Positions 1-9,423 of a DNA stretch of 64,000 nucleotides are shown here, one piece after another. A program made the translations under genes and the position numbers. The notes under the pieces were generated by a model. The model ran no database searches, was not told the origin of the DNA, and saw only the letters and a program-made list of their open reading frames with translations. Location: positions 9,907 to 73,906 of IMG/VR virus record IMGVR_UViG_3300022695_000133. One strand, written 5' to 3'. How positions within the stretch are numbered: the stretch's first letter is position 1; each line of letters starts with the position of its first letter. Origin of the DNA: a virus.

Positions 1-3000
1 GGCATTATATTCAACCAGTCCAAGGACTAATTGGGAAGTAGGGTGCGAATAATGAGTTCCTATTGCCTGCCATATACGAACATGATTAGTTCCATTTACA
101 ACATAATATATAGTTGATAAATATTCAGGATAAGTTTCATTATACCCTCCACTTGACGAACCTAAATATATCTTGTACCTTCCTACATCTACGTTACTTG
201 CTGTTATGTCAAATTCAATAGCATATTTATTGTGAGGAATTACTAATTGATTATCCAGATTCACATAAACATCATTTTGTGAACGATCACCTGCACCTAT
301 AACGTGCACTCCTGTTGGTGTTGCTCCTGTAAATGTAGGGAAAGGGGAACCACTTTTTTGCGCAAAATTAGTAGTGTTTAATATAACTCCATTAGCACCA
401 ACATATTTATCAGCAATAGCAAGTCCATTAGATAAATTTAAGCATTCTTGGTCTGAAAATGTACCTTTAAGCATTCCCGCTTTGTAAATTTTACCTATAA
501 ATTTAAGGCTGTTTCCCGTTCTTGTACCTACATATAAAGGAATTGCATAATTAGCTTGTGCTATTGTTGATGTTTGTGTCCCAACTAAAATACCATTGTC
601 AAAAATAGAAATATCTCCATCGGTTACTCTTGCGACGATAAAATGGTCTACTCCGTCATTTACAAAATCAGAAGGTATATAAGTACTTGTGCCGCCAATG
701 CCATCGCGTATATCTACACGAATATTACCATCACTATTAATATACAATTCCACACCATATTCATTTGTAGTAAACATATATTTACTGACCAACATTCCAA
801 AAGTTGTAGTAGTCGAATTGAATTTAGCATATAAAACTAAATTCCCTGATACATCATTCCACGCTGCATCTGCAAAACTTGGTGTGGTTTGCGTACCATC
901 GAAATCGTAGTAACTATCTTTAACTTTTTCAAATTTAGTGTTGTTTAATCCGTCTAGCAAATTTGAATCGGCAGCCTTTGCCGTTGCATCTAATTTTGTA
1001 AGGATAGCACTTGCATTGGTGGTAATTCCCGAAATATCTTGGTCGCCTGTATTTACTCCTGATAAATTACTTAAATTTGTTATATCACCTGCTGTTATGT
1101 TATTTGCCTGACTTGCTAAGAATATTGGGTCTGTTTCTGTTGAAAGTTTGTTATTAAAAGTATTCCAATCTGTGCTAGAAAGATAACCATTAACTCCACT
1201 TGTTGCTTTTGGTAAAGATATATCATACCCAGTAAGTACTAAAGGAGAAGTTACTGTAGTACTTTCAGTTATTTTTGCAGTATTTGCAACTATAGCACTA
1301 GCTTGTGTAGGAGTAATCCCAATTTTTGAATTATTAGTTACTATGTTACTCTCCATTGTATCTAAATTTACAGCTTGAGTTACTGTAATATAGCCTACTT
1401 TAACTGAATCTGCATTCGGATAACTATTTTTAGCAGTATTTAATACTACTGCAGTATTAGCTATAACCCTAGATTCTGTATAATATAAGTTAGTAGATTC
1501 AACGATATCTCCAGTAACTAAAGATACTGCACCTATCTTACCATTTACTGAAGAAACTGAGTCTGTATTATCTATTTTATCCCAAGTACTCCCATTAAAT
1601 ATTATCCAATCTTTTACTTTCCAATCAGAATTTCCATCTATTAAAGTAGTACCAGCAACACTTACTATATAATAATGACCTTTAGTACCTACAGATGATG
1701 CTAGTGTAGGAGTATTGGTGGTAGCATTCCAAGAGCTTTGATAAACTATACCACCAGACTGTGCAACTATTTGAGATTGTAATTTACCAAAAGCTACTAA
1801 TATAGAATCAGTAGCTAATATACTATTACCAGTAATATTTAAACCTGTTAATATTTTAGAAGTAACAGCAGTATCGGTAAATGCGGAAAGACTTAGTTTA
1901 TTGTTTAGTGATGTTTGTAAATTTATTACATCAGATATTTGATGAGTATGATTACCCTCTGACACTGTTCCAGATGTTGTCCCAAAATTCTTATTGAATG
2001 CTGTATTTTTAATAAATGATGGCTCAGCATTAATATCATTTGTGGTAATATTCCTAGTAGTCCAATTAGTCAAATGACCCAAAGAATCTATAGCTAAATT
2101 AGATATTACAGTTGGCCCGCTTAAATTCACTTTATCCACCCAACTTTTTATGGGATGCGTATATATGGTATCTGAAGAATTTATTGTAACCACGCCCGAA
2201 CTAGTGTAATTTAGGGTTACATCAGTACCCCCGCTTAAATCTAATACCCCTCCGCTACCAATAGCTATTCTTTGAACTCCATTAGTTTTTAAATTCCAAC
2301 TATTATAATTATCGTAATTATGTGTATGAGTTGTAATTAAACCCGTAAGTACTCCTTCAACATCAGATTTTAGCAGAGCTACAGCACCTGTTCTAGTATT
2401 AAATGAGTCTACTTTAGTACCACTTAAATATGTGGTATTATCTAATATCCATGTATCTATACCATTCTTTTTTAAGAACCCTGTAGTTCCGCTTAATGCG
2501 GCTATTGCAGTTAAATCACCATCTAAAGGTTGAGCACCTAAACTATTTAATGTGGGCAATATTTGGTCACCTGTATTTGTACCAGAAAGATTAGAACCTG
2601 TTATTGTTCCTGATGCTAAAATATTACCTACTACATCTAGTTTTTGGGTCGGTAAAATTCTTCCAATACCCACATCCCCAAGGTCATTAACGTTAATTCT
2701 TTGATTACCAGAACCGTCAGCAATTATAATATTATTTGAAAGTGTAGATGTTAATCCACTAACATTAGCACCAATTATTGTATTATTAATACCAGTAATT
2801 ATTCCTCTACCAGTATTATACCCAATAGAAGTGTTATTACCATTACTATTAACGGTTATATTTAAGTCAAATAATGAATGTACCCCAATTGCGGTATTAA
2901 AACTTCCAGTAGTGTTATTACCTAATGTTTGATACCCATTAGCAACATTATCATGTCCAATAGAGTTAAAAAACATTGAACTTTTACCAATAGAGGTATT

Positions 3001-4545
3001 TTGATAACCAGAATCATTATTATCTAATGAACCAACCCCAACCCCAACATTATAATAACCAACGGTATTATTTCCTAAAGAAAAATACCCAACAGCGGTA
3101 TTATGATAACCAGTAGTATTATTTCCTAAAGTAAACACTCCACATCCTGTGTTATTATATCCAGTGGTATTACCAAAGAGTGATTTATAACCTATTGCGG
3201 TGTTTTGATAACCAGTAGTATTTGTACCTAAAGTATTATAACCAATTGCGGTGCTATAATATCCATCTGTGTTAAATCTAAAAGATTTAAAACCAATAGC
3301 CGTATTAAAACTAGCGTGATTACTAATTGTAGAGCCACTACCCATTGTTAAGTTACCAGCTTCCACACCAATAATGGTATTTCCACCTAAAGTTGTTACA
3401 GTGCCGTTATTACCATAATTAAAATCTGATATAAACGGTATTCCACCTTTATAAATTACACCATTTGGCGTGGAACCGCTACTATTTCCTAATTCAACAT
3501 TTTTTGTTATTTCAACTTGTTGTGACGGAATTATTGTACCAAACCCAACTCTATGATTTACACTATCTACAAAAAGTGTATCAGTATCTATTGTTAAGCT
3601 ATGAACACCTAAATCTACATTTGATGTACCTCCTGTATATGGAATATAACCAGATAAATTTTGGTCACCAGTGTTTACACCTGATAAATTGCTTAAATTT
3701 GTTATATCACCAGCAGTAATATTATTTGCTTGACTTGCGGTAAATATTGGGTCTGTTTCTGTAGATAATTTATTATTAAAGACATTCCAATCGGTTGAAC
3801 TTAAATAGCCATCTGTATTTGTATTAGATTTTGTAATACTTAATAATCCATTTGTTGTTACAGTACCACTTAGTGGTGCAATAGTACCAACACTAGTAAC
3901 ACTTCCATTTGAAGAACCAGAAGTAGTAACCCCACTAAGTTCAATTTCTACGATATCCCCACCAGGTTGTCTAGCTAAAACTTTATTTAATGAATTATCT
4001 AATTTTGGGGTTTTATTTAATATTAGGTTATCCGATTTGGTAATCCCCTTAACGTCCACCCAAATCATTCTATCTTTATAATCAATTGACCCCCCGCTTA
4101 AAAATTTAACTTCGCTACTAATTGTAGTACCAGTCCAAATATTTGGAGATGTTTCAGTAATTGTTGACGCAGATATATCATAAGTTACGCCTGTATATGT
4201 TAAAAAAACAGTATTATTATCAATTAAAATATAATCTTTCCCTAAATATGCTGTAGCAACTTGGGTATCTCCACTATTCGTATTTGTAATTGGAAACAAT
4301 TCACTTGATGCCAAGACCATTCTACTATCACCGAATGTTATTTGTGTAACATTTGAATTACCAGAAAATGAAGATGTAACACCACTAATAGATGATGTTG
4401 TTATTATAGTATTAGGGTCTACTCCAGAACTTAAACCGCTAAATGGTAATCCGAATTCTGTGGTTCCAGATAATTGAGTGTTGGTTCTACTATATTGTTT
4501 AATTTGTCTATTATCAGAATAGTCTATTCTAGTACTAAAATTCAT
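1..4545 (-). CDS. Large tail fibre / adhesin-like virion protein, 3'-truncated by window edge (>=1515 aa)
   Basis: ATG at 4545 (MNFSTRIDYSDNRQIKQY...). I translated most of the frame by hand (about 4545-2520, 2580-1741 and 900-1 line by line or in runs, the rest in part) and met no stop. Contains 14-aa NTTGxxNTAIG repeats (~2840-3330), Thr/Ser/Gly-rich fibre modules and a LamG/ConA-like segment (~900-400). Absent from the ORF track, presumably because it has no stop in the window. Confidence 0.85.
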   Translation of the reverse strand, partial: MNFSTRIDYSDNRQIKQYSRTNTQLSGTTEFGLPFSGLSSGVDPNTIITTSSISGVTSSFSGNSNVTQITFGDSRMVLASSELFPITNTNSGDTQVATAYLGKDYILIDNNTVFLTYTGVTYDISASTITETSPNIWTGTTISSEVKFLSGGSIDYKDRMIWVDVKGITKSDNLILNKTPKLDNSLNKVLARQPGGDIVEIELSGVTTSGSSNGSVTSVGTIAPLSGTVTTNGLLSITKSNTNTDGYLSSTDWNVFNNKLSTETDPIFTASQANNITAGDITNLSNLSGVNTGDQNLSGYIPYTGGTSNVDLGVHSLTIDTDTLFVDSVNHRVGFGTIIPSQQVEITKNVELGNSSGSTPNGVIYKGGIPFISDFNYGNNGTVTTLGGNTIIGVEAGNLTMGSGSTISNHASFNTAIGFKSFRFNTDGYYSTAIGYNTLGTNTTGYQNTAIGYKSLFGNTTGYNNTGCGVFTLGNNTTGYHNTAVGYFSLGNNTVGYYNVGVGVGSLDNNDSGYQNTSIGKSSMFFNSIGHDNVANGYQTLGNNTTGSFNTAIGVHSLFDLNITVNSNGNNTSIGYNTGRGIITGINNTIIGANVSGLTSTLSNNIIIADGSGNQRINVNDLGDVGIGRILPTQKLDVVGNILASGTITGSNLSGTNTGDQILPTLNSLGAQPLDGDLTAIAALSGTTGFLKKNGIDTWILDNTTYLSGTKVDSFNTRTGAVALLKSDVEGVLTGLITTHTHNYDNYNSWNLKTNGVQRIAIGSGGVLDLSGGTDVTLNYTSSGVVTINSSDTIYTHPIKSWVDKVNLSGPTVISNLAIDSLGHLTNWTTRNITTNDINAEPSFIKNTAFNKNFGTTSGTVSEGNHTHQISDVINLQTSLNNKLSLSAFTDTAVTSKILTGLNITGNSILATDSILVAFGKLQSQIVAQSGGIVYQSSWNATTNTPTLASSVGTKGHYYIVSVAGTTLIDGNSDWKVKDWIIFNGSTWDKIDNTDSVSSVNGKIGAVSLVTGDIVESTNLYYTESRVIANTAVVLNTAKNSYPNADSVKVGYITVTQAVNLDTMESNIVTNNSKIGITPTQASAIVANTAKITESTTVTSPLVLTGYDISLPKATSGVNGYLSSTDWNTFNNKLSTETDPIFLASQANNITAGDITNLSNLSGVNTGDQDISGITTNASAILTKLDATAKAADSNLLDGLNNTKFEKVKDSYYDFDGTQTTPSFADAAWNDVSGNLVLYAKFNSTTTTFGMLVSKYMFTTNEYGVELYINSDGNIRVDIRDGIGGTSTYIPSDFVNDGVDHFIVARVTDGDISIFDNGILVGTQTSTIAQANYAIPLYVGTRTGNSLKFIGKIYKAGMLKGTFSDQECLNLSNGLAIADKYVGANGVILNTTNFAQKSGSPFPTFTGATPTGVHVIGAGDRSQNDVYVNLDNQLVIPHNKYAIEFDITASNVDVGRYKIYLGSSSGGYNETYPEYLSTIYYVVNGTNHVRIWQAIGTHYSHPTSQLVLGLVEYNA
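1039..1188 (-). repeat. 50-codon internal duplication in tail fibre, copy 2 (copy 1 at 3661-3810)
   Basis: Both copies encode GYLSSTDWN(V/T)FNNKLSTETDPIF(T/L)ASQANNITAGDITNLSNLSGVNTGDQ, with many synonymous differences. Confidence 0.9.
3661..3810 (-). repeat. 50-codon internal duplication in tail fibre, copy 1
   Basis: 48/50 aa identical to 1039-1188. Confidence 0.9.
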
Positions 4546-4558
4546 AAAATTATTTTAA

Positions 4559-4590
4559 TATAAATATTATAAAATACTATTATATTTATA
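4559..4590. promoter_or_regulatory. Divergent pair of ATATTTATA motifs (candidate late promoters)
   Basis: ATATTTATA on - (4567-4559) upstream of the tail-fibre ATG and on + (4582-4590) upstream of ORF 4605. Confidence 0.5.
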
Positions 4591-4604
4591 TAAAAAAGGT
4601 TACA

Positions 4605-5129
4605 ATGGCAACAATTAAGAAAAAGGACATAAAAAGATATACATTTACTGATTTACTAAAAAAAGAAAAGGATAATGAAAAGGAACCAAATGAACTAGAT
4701 GAATTAGTTAATTCAGATGGAAGTCCAATTAATGGTGATGAGGTTGAAACATCAAGCCAAATAACAACAGCACCACAGGCAACAACTGACGACTTTAATG
4801 ATGCGGCCATTCAACCAAATAGATATTTATTTAATGTGGGGGGGTCAGGTTATAGCAGAGGAGCTGCGGTTCATATGGAATCTATTAAAAAGATATCAAA
4901 AAATAAAATGTTAAAATTGGTAAATGAAATAATGGGTAATAATGATGATGAACCAATAAGTGATATTAACAATAACGGTATTAATGATATTAAAGAATTG
5001 GGTTCAAGTATAATAAGTAAAGTTAAAGGATTAATTAACACCATTGAGGATAATAATTTAAATGCTGAAGACACTAAAATTATCCTTACATATATTAATG
5101 ATAAATTAAAATACAGAATAAATGGCTAA
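4605..5129 (+). CDS. Hypothetical protein
   Basis: 174-aa ORF, first of a tightly packed operon. Confidence 0.8.
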   Translation: MATIKKKDIKRYTFTDLLKKEKDNEKEPNELDELVNSDGSPINGDEVETSSQITTAPQATTDDFNDAAIQPNRYLFNVGGSGYSRGAAVHMESIKKISKNKMLKLVNEIMGNNDDEPISDINNNGINDIKELGSSIISKVKGLINTIEDNNLNAEDTKIILTYINDKLKYRING

Positions 5130-5649
5130 TTCTAAATTAACAAATAAATTTTATAGAATTCCAGATGATGTTCATAATAAAATTGTTAACCAATTAAATA
5201 AGATTAATTTTAGTGAAGATGAAAAGGGAGTTAAAAGAGCAAAAGATATTATAAATAACAAAGAAATATCTTATGGTCAAATGACAAGATTAAAAAATTA
5301 TTTTGATAATTATGAGGGTGATATGAGCGATAATGAATTTAAAATAATTGGCGGAAATATTACAAAAAAATGGGTTAATAATGAGTTATTTAAAGATACA
5401 GAATCTATACGAAGGATTAAAAAATCAAAAATGGATAGTGGCATGGAGAATCAATTTTTAAGCCCACATAAAAAAGATAATGATAATACAAATCCTACCG
5501 ACCCAAAAGGTGGGTTAATTGATATTAAAAAAAGCAGCAAACTAAGAAATATAATGGCAAATGATGCCATTTATAAAACTAGTGAAAGTAAAACATATAA
5601 TGAAGAAATAAAAAATATTAAATATTTAATAGAATATCTAAATCGATAA
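5122..5649 (+). CDS. Hypothetical protein
   Basis: 175-aa ORF overlapping upstream stop. Confidence 0.8.
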   Translation: MANSKLTNKFYRIPDDVHNKIVNQLNKINFSEDEKGVKRAKDIINNKEISYGQMTRLKNYFDNYEGDMSDNEFKIIGGNITKKWVNNELFKDTESIRRIKKSKMDSGMENQFLSPHKKDNDNTNPTDPKGGLIDIKKSSKLRNIMANDAIYKTSESKTYNEEIKNIKYLIEYLNR

Positions 5650-5652
5650 ATT

Positions 5653-5979
5653 ATGGGAAAGCAAACAAAATTAGAAAAAATAGCAATTGAAAGTAGGAAT
5701 AACATAATAAAAAATAACATCTATAATAGTTATAGTGATAAGAATAATTATACACCAACTCATAGTAGAGCTATTAGTGATAAAAAGACTCCAGTACATG
5801 GAAAGGGAACTGGTAAATTTTTAGATATAGAGAACGGAGGAGGTTCTGAGGATGTCAATGGTGTTACAGGTATTATAGGGTCTGGCCGAAATGGTAATGT
5901 TAAACAAAATGAGTATAATAAAAATAATAAATACGAACACCCAGATACTAGCAAAAATATAGGACAAGTAGTTATTTAA
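5653..5979 (+). CDS. Hypothetical Gly/Asn-rich protein
   Basis: 108-aa ORF with 3-nt spacing to neighbours. Confidence 0.75.
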   Translation: MGKQTKLEKIAIESRNNIIKNNIYNSYSDKNNYTPTHSRAISDKKTPVHGKGTGKFLDIENGGGSEDVNGVTGIIGSGRNGNVKQNEYNKNNKYEHPDTSKNIGQVVI

Positions 5980-5982
5980 AAT

Positions 5983-6390
5983 ATGTTAAGCCTTTACAAT
6001 ATTTATAAATCTATTATATTAGAGAGTACAGAAATTAACGCTATCATGGATGCCATAAACAATCATTATACCGTTAACATTATGTATGATAATGGTAGAG
6101 ATGATGGTACAAAAAATTTAAAAAGATATTGCCAGGTTTATAATTATGGAACAACTAAGCTAGGCAATCCAGCCATTAGGGTATTTCAAGTTTCTGGCTT
6201 AAATGTAAAAACAAATAGATATGGTATTGAAAATAGGTGGAAAACATTAAGAGTTGATAGAATATTAAGTTGGGAACCAACTAAATTTAAAATATATAAA
6301 CCAATAAAAAATGTGCCAAAATCTCCAGATTTTAATCCAAATCATGATATAACACTTAATAATGGTAGTTTATCATTAGCAAAATTTTAG
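5983..6390 (+). CDS. WYL-like domain protein
   Basis: AIMDAINNHYTVNIMY ... WKTLRVDRILSW resembles the WYL pattern (AI...V.I.Y ... R.FR.DRI). Confidence 0.55.
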   Translation: MLSLYNIYKSIILESTEINAIMDAINNHYTVNIMYDNGRDDGTKNLKRYCQVYNYGTTKLGNPAIRVFQVSGLNVKTNRYGIENRWKTLRVDRILSWEPTKFKIYKPIKNVPKSPDFNPNHDITLNNGSLSLAKF

Positions 6391-6394
6391 TAAT

Positions 6395-6934
6395 ATGGAA
6401 AATACAAATAAATTAGATAATAGCACAATTATGGAAATGTTATCTAAATCAAAAAGAATATTAGATAAAGTAGAAAGTGGTAATTTCGAAACTGGGAATG
6501 TGGATTCAAATTTATTATCACAATCTAGTGATAATCTCGTGGAACAAAAAAATTTAAATCATGCCTATAAAAATTTAAAAACCACGAAAATGGACCCAAG
6601 AATTATTAAATCTATGTTAGAAAACCCAATAATACCAGAAAATGGGTTAACTAAAAAACCTTTTACGATTGATGACGCCAATAATAGTAAATTTTTCACT
6701 AAGAGTAAGTCTAATATTAATGAATCTGTTTCTAACCATAATTCTAATTATAGAACAACTAATGAAAGAATTATAACATTAACAGAATCAGAATTAGATA
6801 AAAAAATAAAAGATACCTTATTAGAATTCATGGCGCTTACATTCACTAAAAATCTAACAGAATCGACAATAAAAAAAACAATTAACACATTAATTAAAGA
6901 GGGTAAAATAAAAGTTTCTACAAGAAAAAAATAA
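6395..6934 (+). CDS. Hypothetical protein
   Basis: 179-aa ORF. Confidence 0.8.
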   Translation: MENTNKLDNSTIMEMLSKSKRILDKVESGNFETGNVDSNLLSQSSDNLVEQKNLNHAYKNLKTTKMDPRIIKSMLENPIIPENGLTKKPFTIDDANNSKFFTKSKSNINESVSNHNSNYRTTNERIITLTESELDKKIKDTLLEFMALTFTKNLTESTIKKTINTLIKEGKIKVSTRKK

Positions 6935-6997
6935 TTAAAATACTCTTTACTTTTTTATTTTTTTAATTTACATTTCATTTTATAATTAATCATAAAA

Positions 6998-8260
6998 ATG
7001 AAAAAAATAATTAAAAATAAAGCACCATTTAATCAAAAAATTAAAGTACTAGTAGTGCCATCTGACCGAACTGGTGTAAGCTATTTTAGGTCAACAAGAC
7101 CTCATCTACAATTGGAAAAATTATACCCAAACGAATTCCACATTGATATAGATTATGACCCAAAGTTAAATGATGATAAATGGCTAACGCAATATGATAT
7201 TATACATTATCATAGAACGTTAGGTGATTATAATGGAATGGAACTCTTAATTAAAAAATTAAAAAATTTAGGTATTGTTAGCATTATGGATATTGATGAT
7301 TATTGGAGTCCTGGAATACACCACCCAGCCTATCATACAATTAAAAAGGAAGGTCTTGATAAGAAGATTTTAAATAACATTAAAATTTCAGAAAATATAA
7401 CTACCACCACTAATATTTATAAAAAATATATTAAAAAAATAAATAAAAATGTTTTTGTTCTACCAAACGCTATAGACCCTACTGACAAACAATTTATAAG
7501 TAATAAGACAAAATCTAATCGCATTCGTATTGGGTGGCTTGGTGGCTCTGCTCACATCCATGATTTAAAACTATTAGAAGGTGTTGTAACTAAATTAAAA
7601 TCATCCAATTTATTAGATAAAGTACAATTTGTTATTTGTGGGTTTGATACTAGAGGTAAAATAACAAATTATGGTCCAAATAATGAAGTTACAAGTAGGG
7701 ATATAACACCAAAAGAGAGTATATGGTATGAATACGAAAAAATATTTACTGATAATTATACAAACATTAGTAAAGAATATAAAAAGCACTTATTAAGATT
7801 TATAGAGTTACCATTTAAAGGTGTTGAAAACGAGCCATATAGACGGGTATGGACAAAAGATATTAACACTTATGCAACAAATTACAATTTATTTGATATT
7901 TCATTAGCACCTTTGGCTGAAAATACTTTTAATAAAACCAAAAGCCAATTAAAAATAATTGAAAGTGGTTTTTTTAAAAAGCCAATAATAGCTCAAAATT
8001 ATGGTCCGTATACTATTGACTTAAAAAACGCATATATTAGGGGTGGGGAAATTGATATTACAAAAAATTCATTTTTAGTTGATTCCCATAAAAATCATAA
8101 AGATTGGTTTAAATTTATTAAAAAATTTATTAATAATCCAGAATTAATAGATATATTAGGAATTAATTTATATAATACTGTCAGTGAAAAATATTCATTA
8201 AACACCATAACAGAGAAAAGAAAAAATTATTATTTAAATCTTTTAAAAAATAGAAAATAA
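6998..8260 (+). CDS. Glycosyltransferase (GT-B/GT4-like)
   Basis: VLPNAID, RIGWLGGSAHIHDL, DISLAPLAENTFNKTKSQLKIIESGFFKKPII motifs. Confidence 0.85.
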   Translation: MKKIIKNKAPFNQKIKVLVVPSDRTGVSYFRSTRPHLQLEKLYPNEFHIDIDYDPKLNDDKWLTQYDIIHYHRTLGDYNGMELLIKKLKNLGIVSIMDIDDYWSPGIHHPAYHTIKKEGLDKKILNNIKISENITTTTNIYKKYIKKINKNVFVLPNAIDPTDKQFISNKTKSNRIRIGWLGGSAHIHDLKLLEGVVTKLKSSNLLDKVQFVICGFDTRGKITNYGPNNEVTSRDITPKESIWYEYEKIFTDNYTNISKEYKKHLLRFIELPFKGVENEPYRRVWTKDINTYATNYNLFDISLAPLAENTFNKTKSQLKIIESGFFKKPIIAQNYGPYTIDLKNAYIRGGEIDITKNSFLVDSHKNHKDWFKFIKKFINNPELIDILGINLYNTVSEKYSLNTITEKRKNYYLNLLKNRK

Positions 8261-8263
8261 TAG

Positions 8264-8271
8264 TATATTTG
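8264..8271 (+). promoter_or_regulatory. Bacteroidota-type -7 box TAnnTTTG
   Basis: TATATTTG 16 nt upstream of ATG 8287. Confidence 0.55.
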
Positions 8272-8286
8272 TAAAAATGAAATACT

Positions 8287-8859
8287 ATGGCTATAAAAAA
8301 AGAAGAAATCATTAATAATACAAAAAGATATATATCAGCAGCATATAAACATAATTTCATGACTCCAGAATTGGAAGAACTTTTAGGTAAGGAGTTTATA
8401 ACTGCCCCAGCTTCTCATATTACTGCTTATTACAACGCCTTTGAGGGTGGTCTAATTGACCATATATTAAGAATTATGGGAAATAGTTACAAATATAATA
8501 AACTCATAATTAAAGAAGGGCAAGTTGAGAATGAGTCATTAATGAAAGTTGCTGGTTTATGTGAAATAGGTAAAGCTAAATTATATATTCATAATGAATC
8601 CAAGTGGCATAGGGATAATTTAGGTAAAATGTATGAATTTAATCCTGATATTACTTCAATGAGAGTTGGAGAACGCTCATTATATTATGCATTAAGCTGT
8701 GGAGTTAAATTAAACAGTGATGAATGTGCTGGAATATTAAATCATGATAAGGAATATGACCCACAATCAGAATATCATAACTCTAAAGTGGGGTTTATTG
8801 TTACTCAAGCAACAAGGATGTCAATTTACGAAGAAAAATTATTATTAAATGAAAGTTAA
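8287..8859 (+). CDS. HD-domain-like protein (degenerate HD motif)
   Basis: APAS..YYNAFEGGLIDH motif of YhaM-like HD proteins; the expected HD is CE (GLCEIGK). Confidence 0.6.
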   Translation: MAIKKEEIINNTKRYISAAYKHNFMTPELEELLGKEFITAPASHITAYYNAFEGGLIDHILRIMGNSYKYNKLIIKEGQVENESLMKVAGLCEIGKAKLYIHNESKWHRDNLGKMYEFNPDITSMRVGERSLYYALSCGVKLNSDECAGILNHDKEYDPQSEYHNSKVGFIVTQATRMSIYEEKLLLNES

Positions 8860-9292
8860 TATAAAAAAATTAAATCCTTTAGCTAAAATACCAAAGTATG
8901 CAAAATATGGGGACGCTGGTATGGATTTAACCGCAGTATCAAAAAGTTTTGATAAATATGGAAATATTTCATATGGTACTGGATTAGCAATTGAGATACC
9001 ACCTAAACATGTGGGATTGATATTCCCAAGAAGTAGTATTTCAAAAAAACATTTAAATCTGGCAAACTCTATTGGTATGATTGATAGTGGATACCGTGGA
9101 GAAATTATTTGTAAATTCAAACCAACGCCTCATTTTACAATTGATAATAAAGAATATCCAGAAAATTATGAAATAAATGATAGAATCGCACAAATACTGA
9201 TTATTCCATTTTTGGATATAGAATTTAATGAAACTGATATATTATCAGAAAGTGAGAGAGGAAATAATGGTTTTGGTAGTAGTGGAGAGTGA
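8849..9292 (+). CDS. dut: Trimeric dUTPase
   Basis: GDAGMDL, FPRSS, GMIDSGYRGEI, RIAQ, RGNNGFGSSG motifs. Confidence 0.97.
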   Translation: MKVNIKKLNPLAKIPKYAKYGDAGMDLTAVSKSFDKYGNISYGTGLAIEIPPKHVGLIFPRSSISKKHLNLANSIGMIDSGYRGEIICKFKPTPHFTIDNKEYPENYEINDRIAQILIIPFLDIEFNETDILSESERGNNGFGSSGE

Positions 9293-9423
9293 AATTAATA
9301 ATTATTCACTACAAAACAAATAGATTATGGATTTAAAAGGTAATAATATATTTCTTACATATTAACAAACCTACGGAATTAATGAGTTTTATAACAAATT
9401 TATAAAAAAATAATCAAATACTT

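Noticed and set aside
643-3719. Short + strand ORFs (643, 689, 3465)
   Set aside because: Antisense to the long fibre gene.
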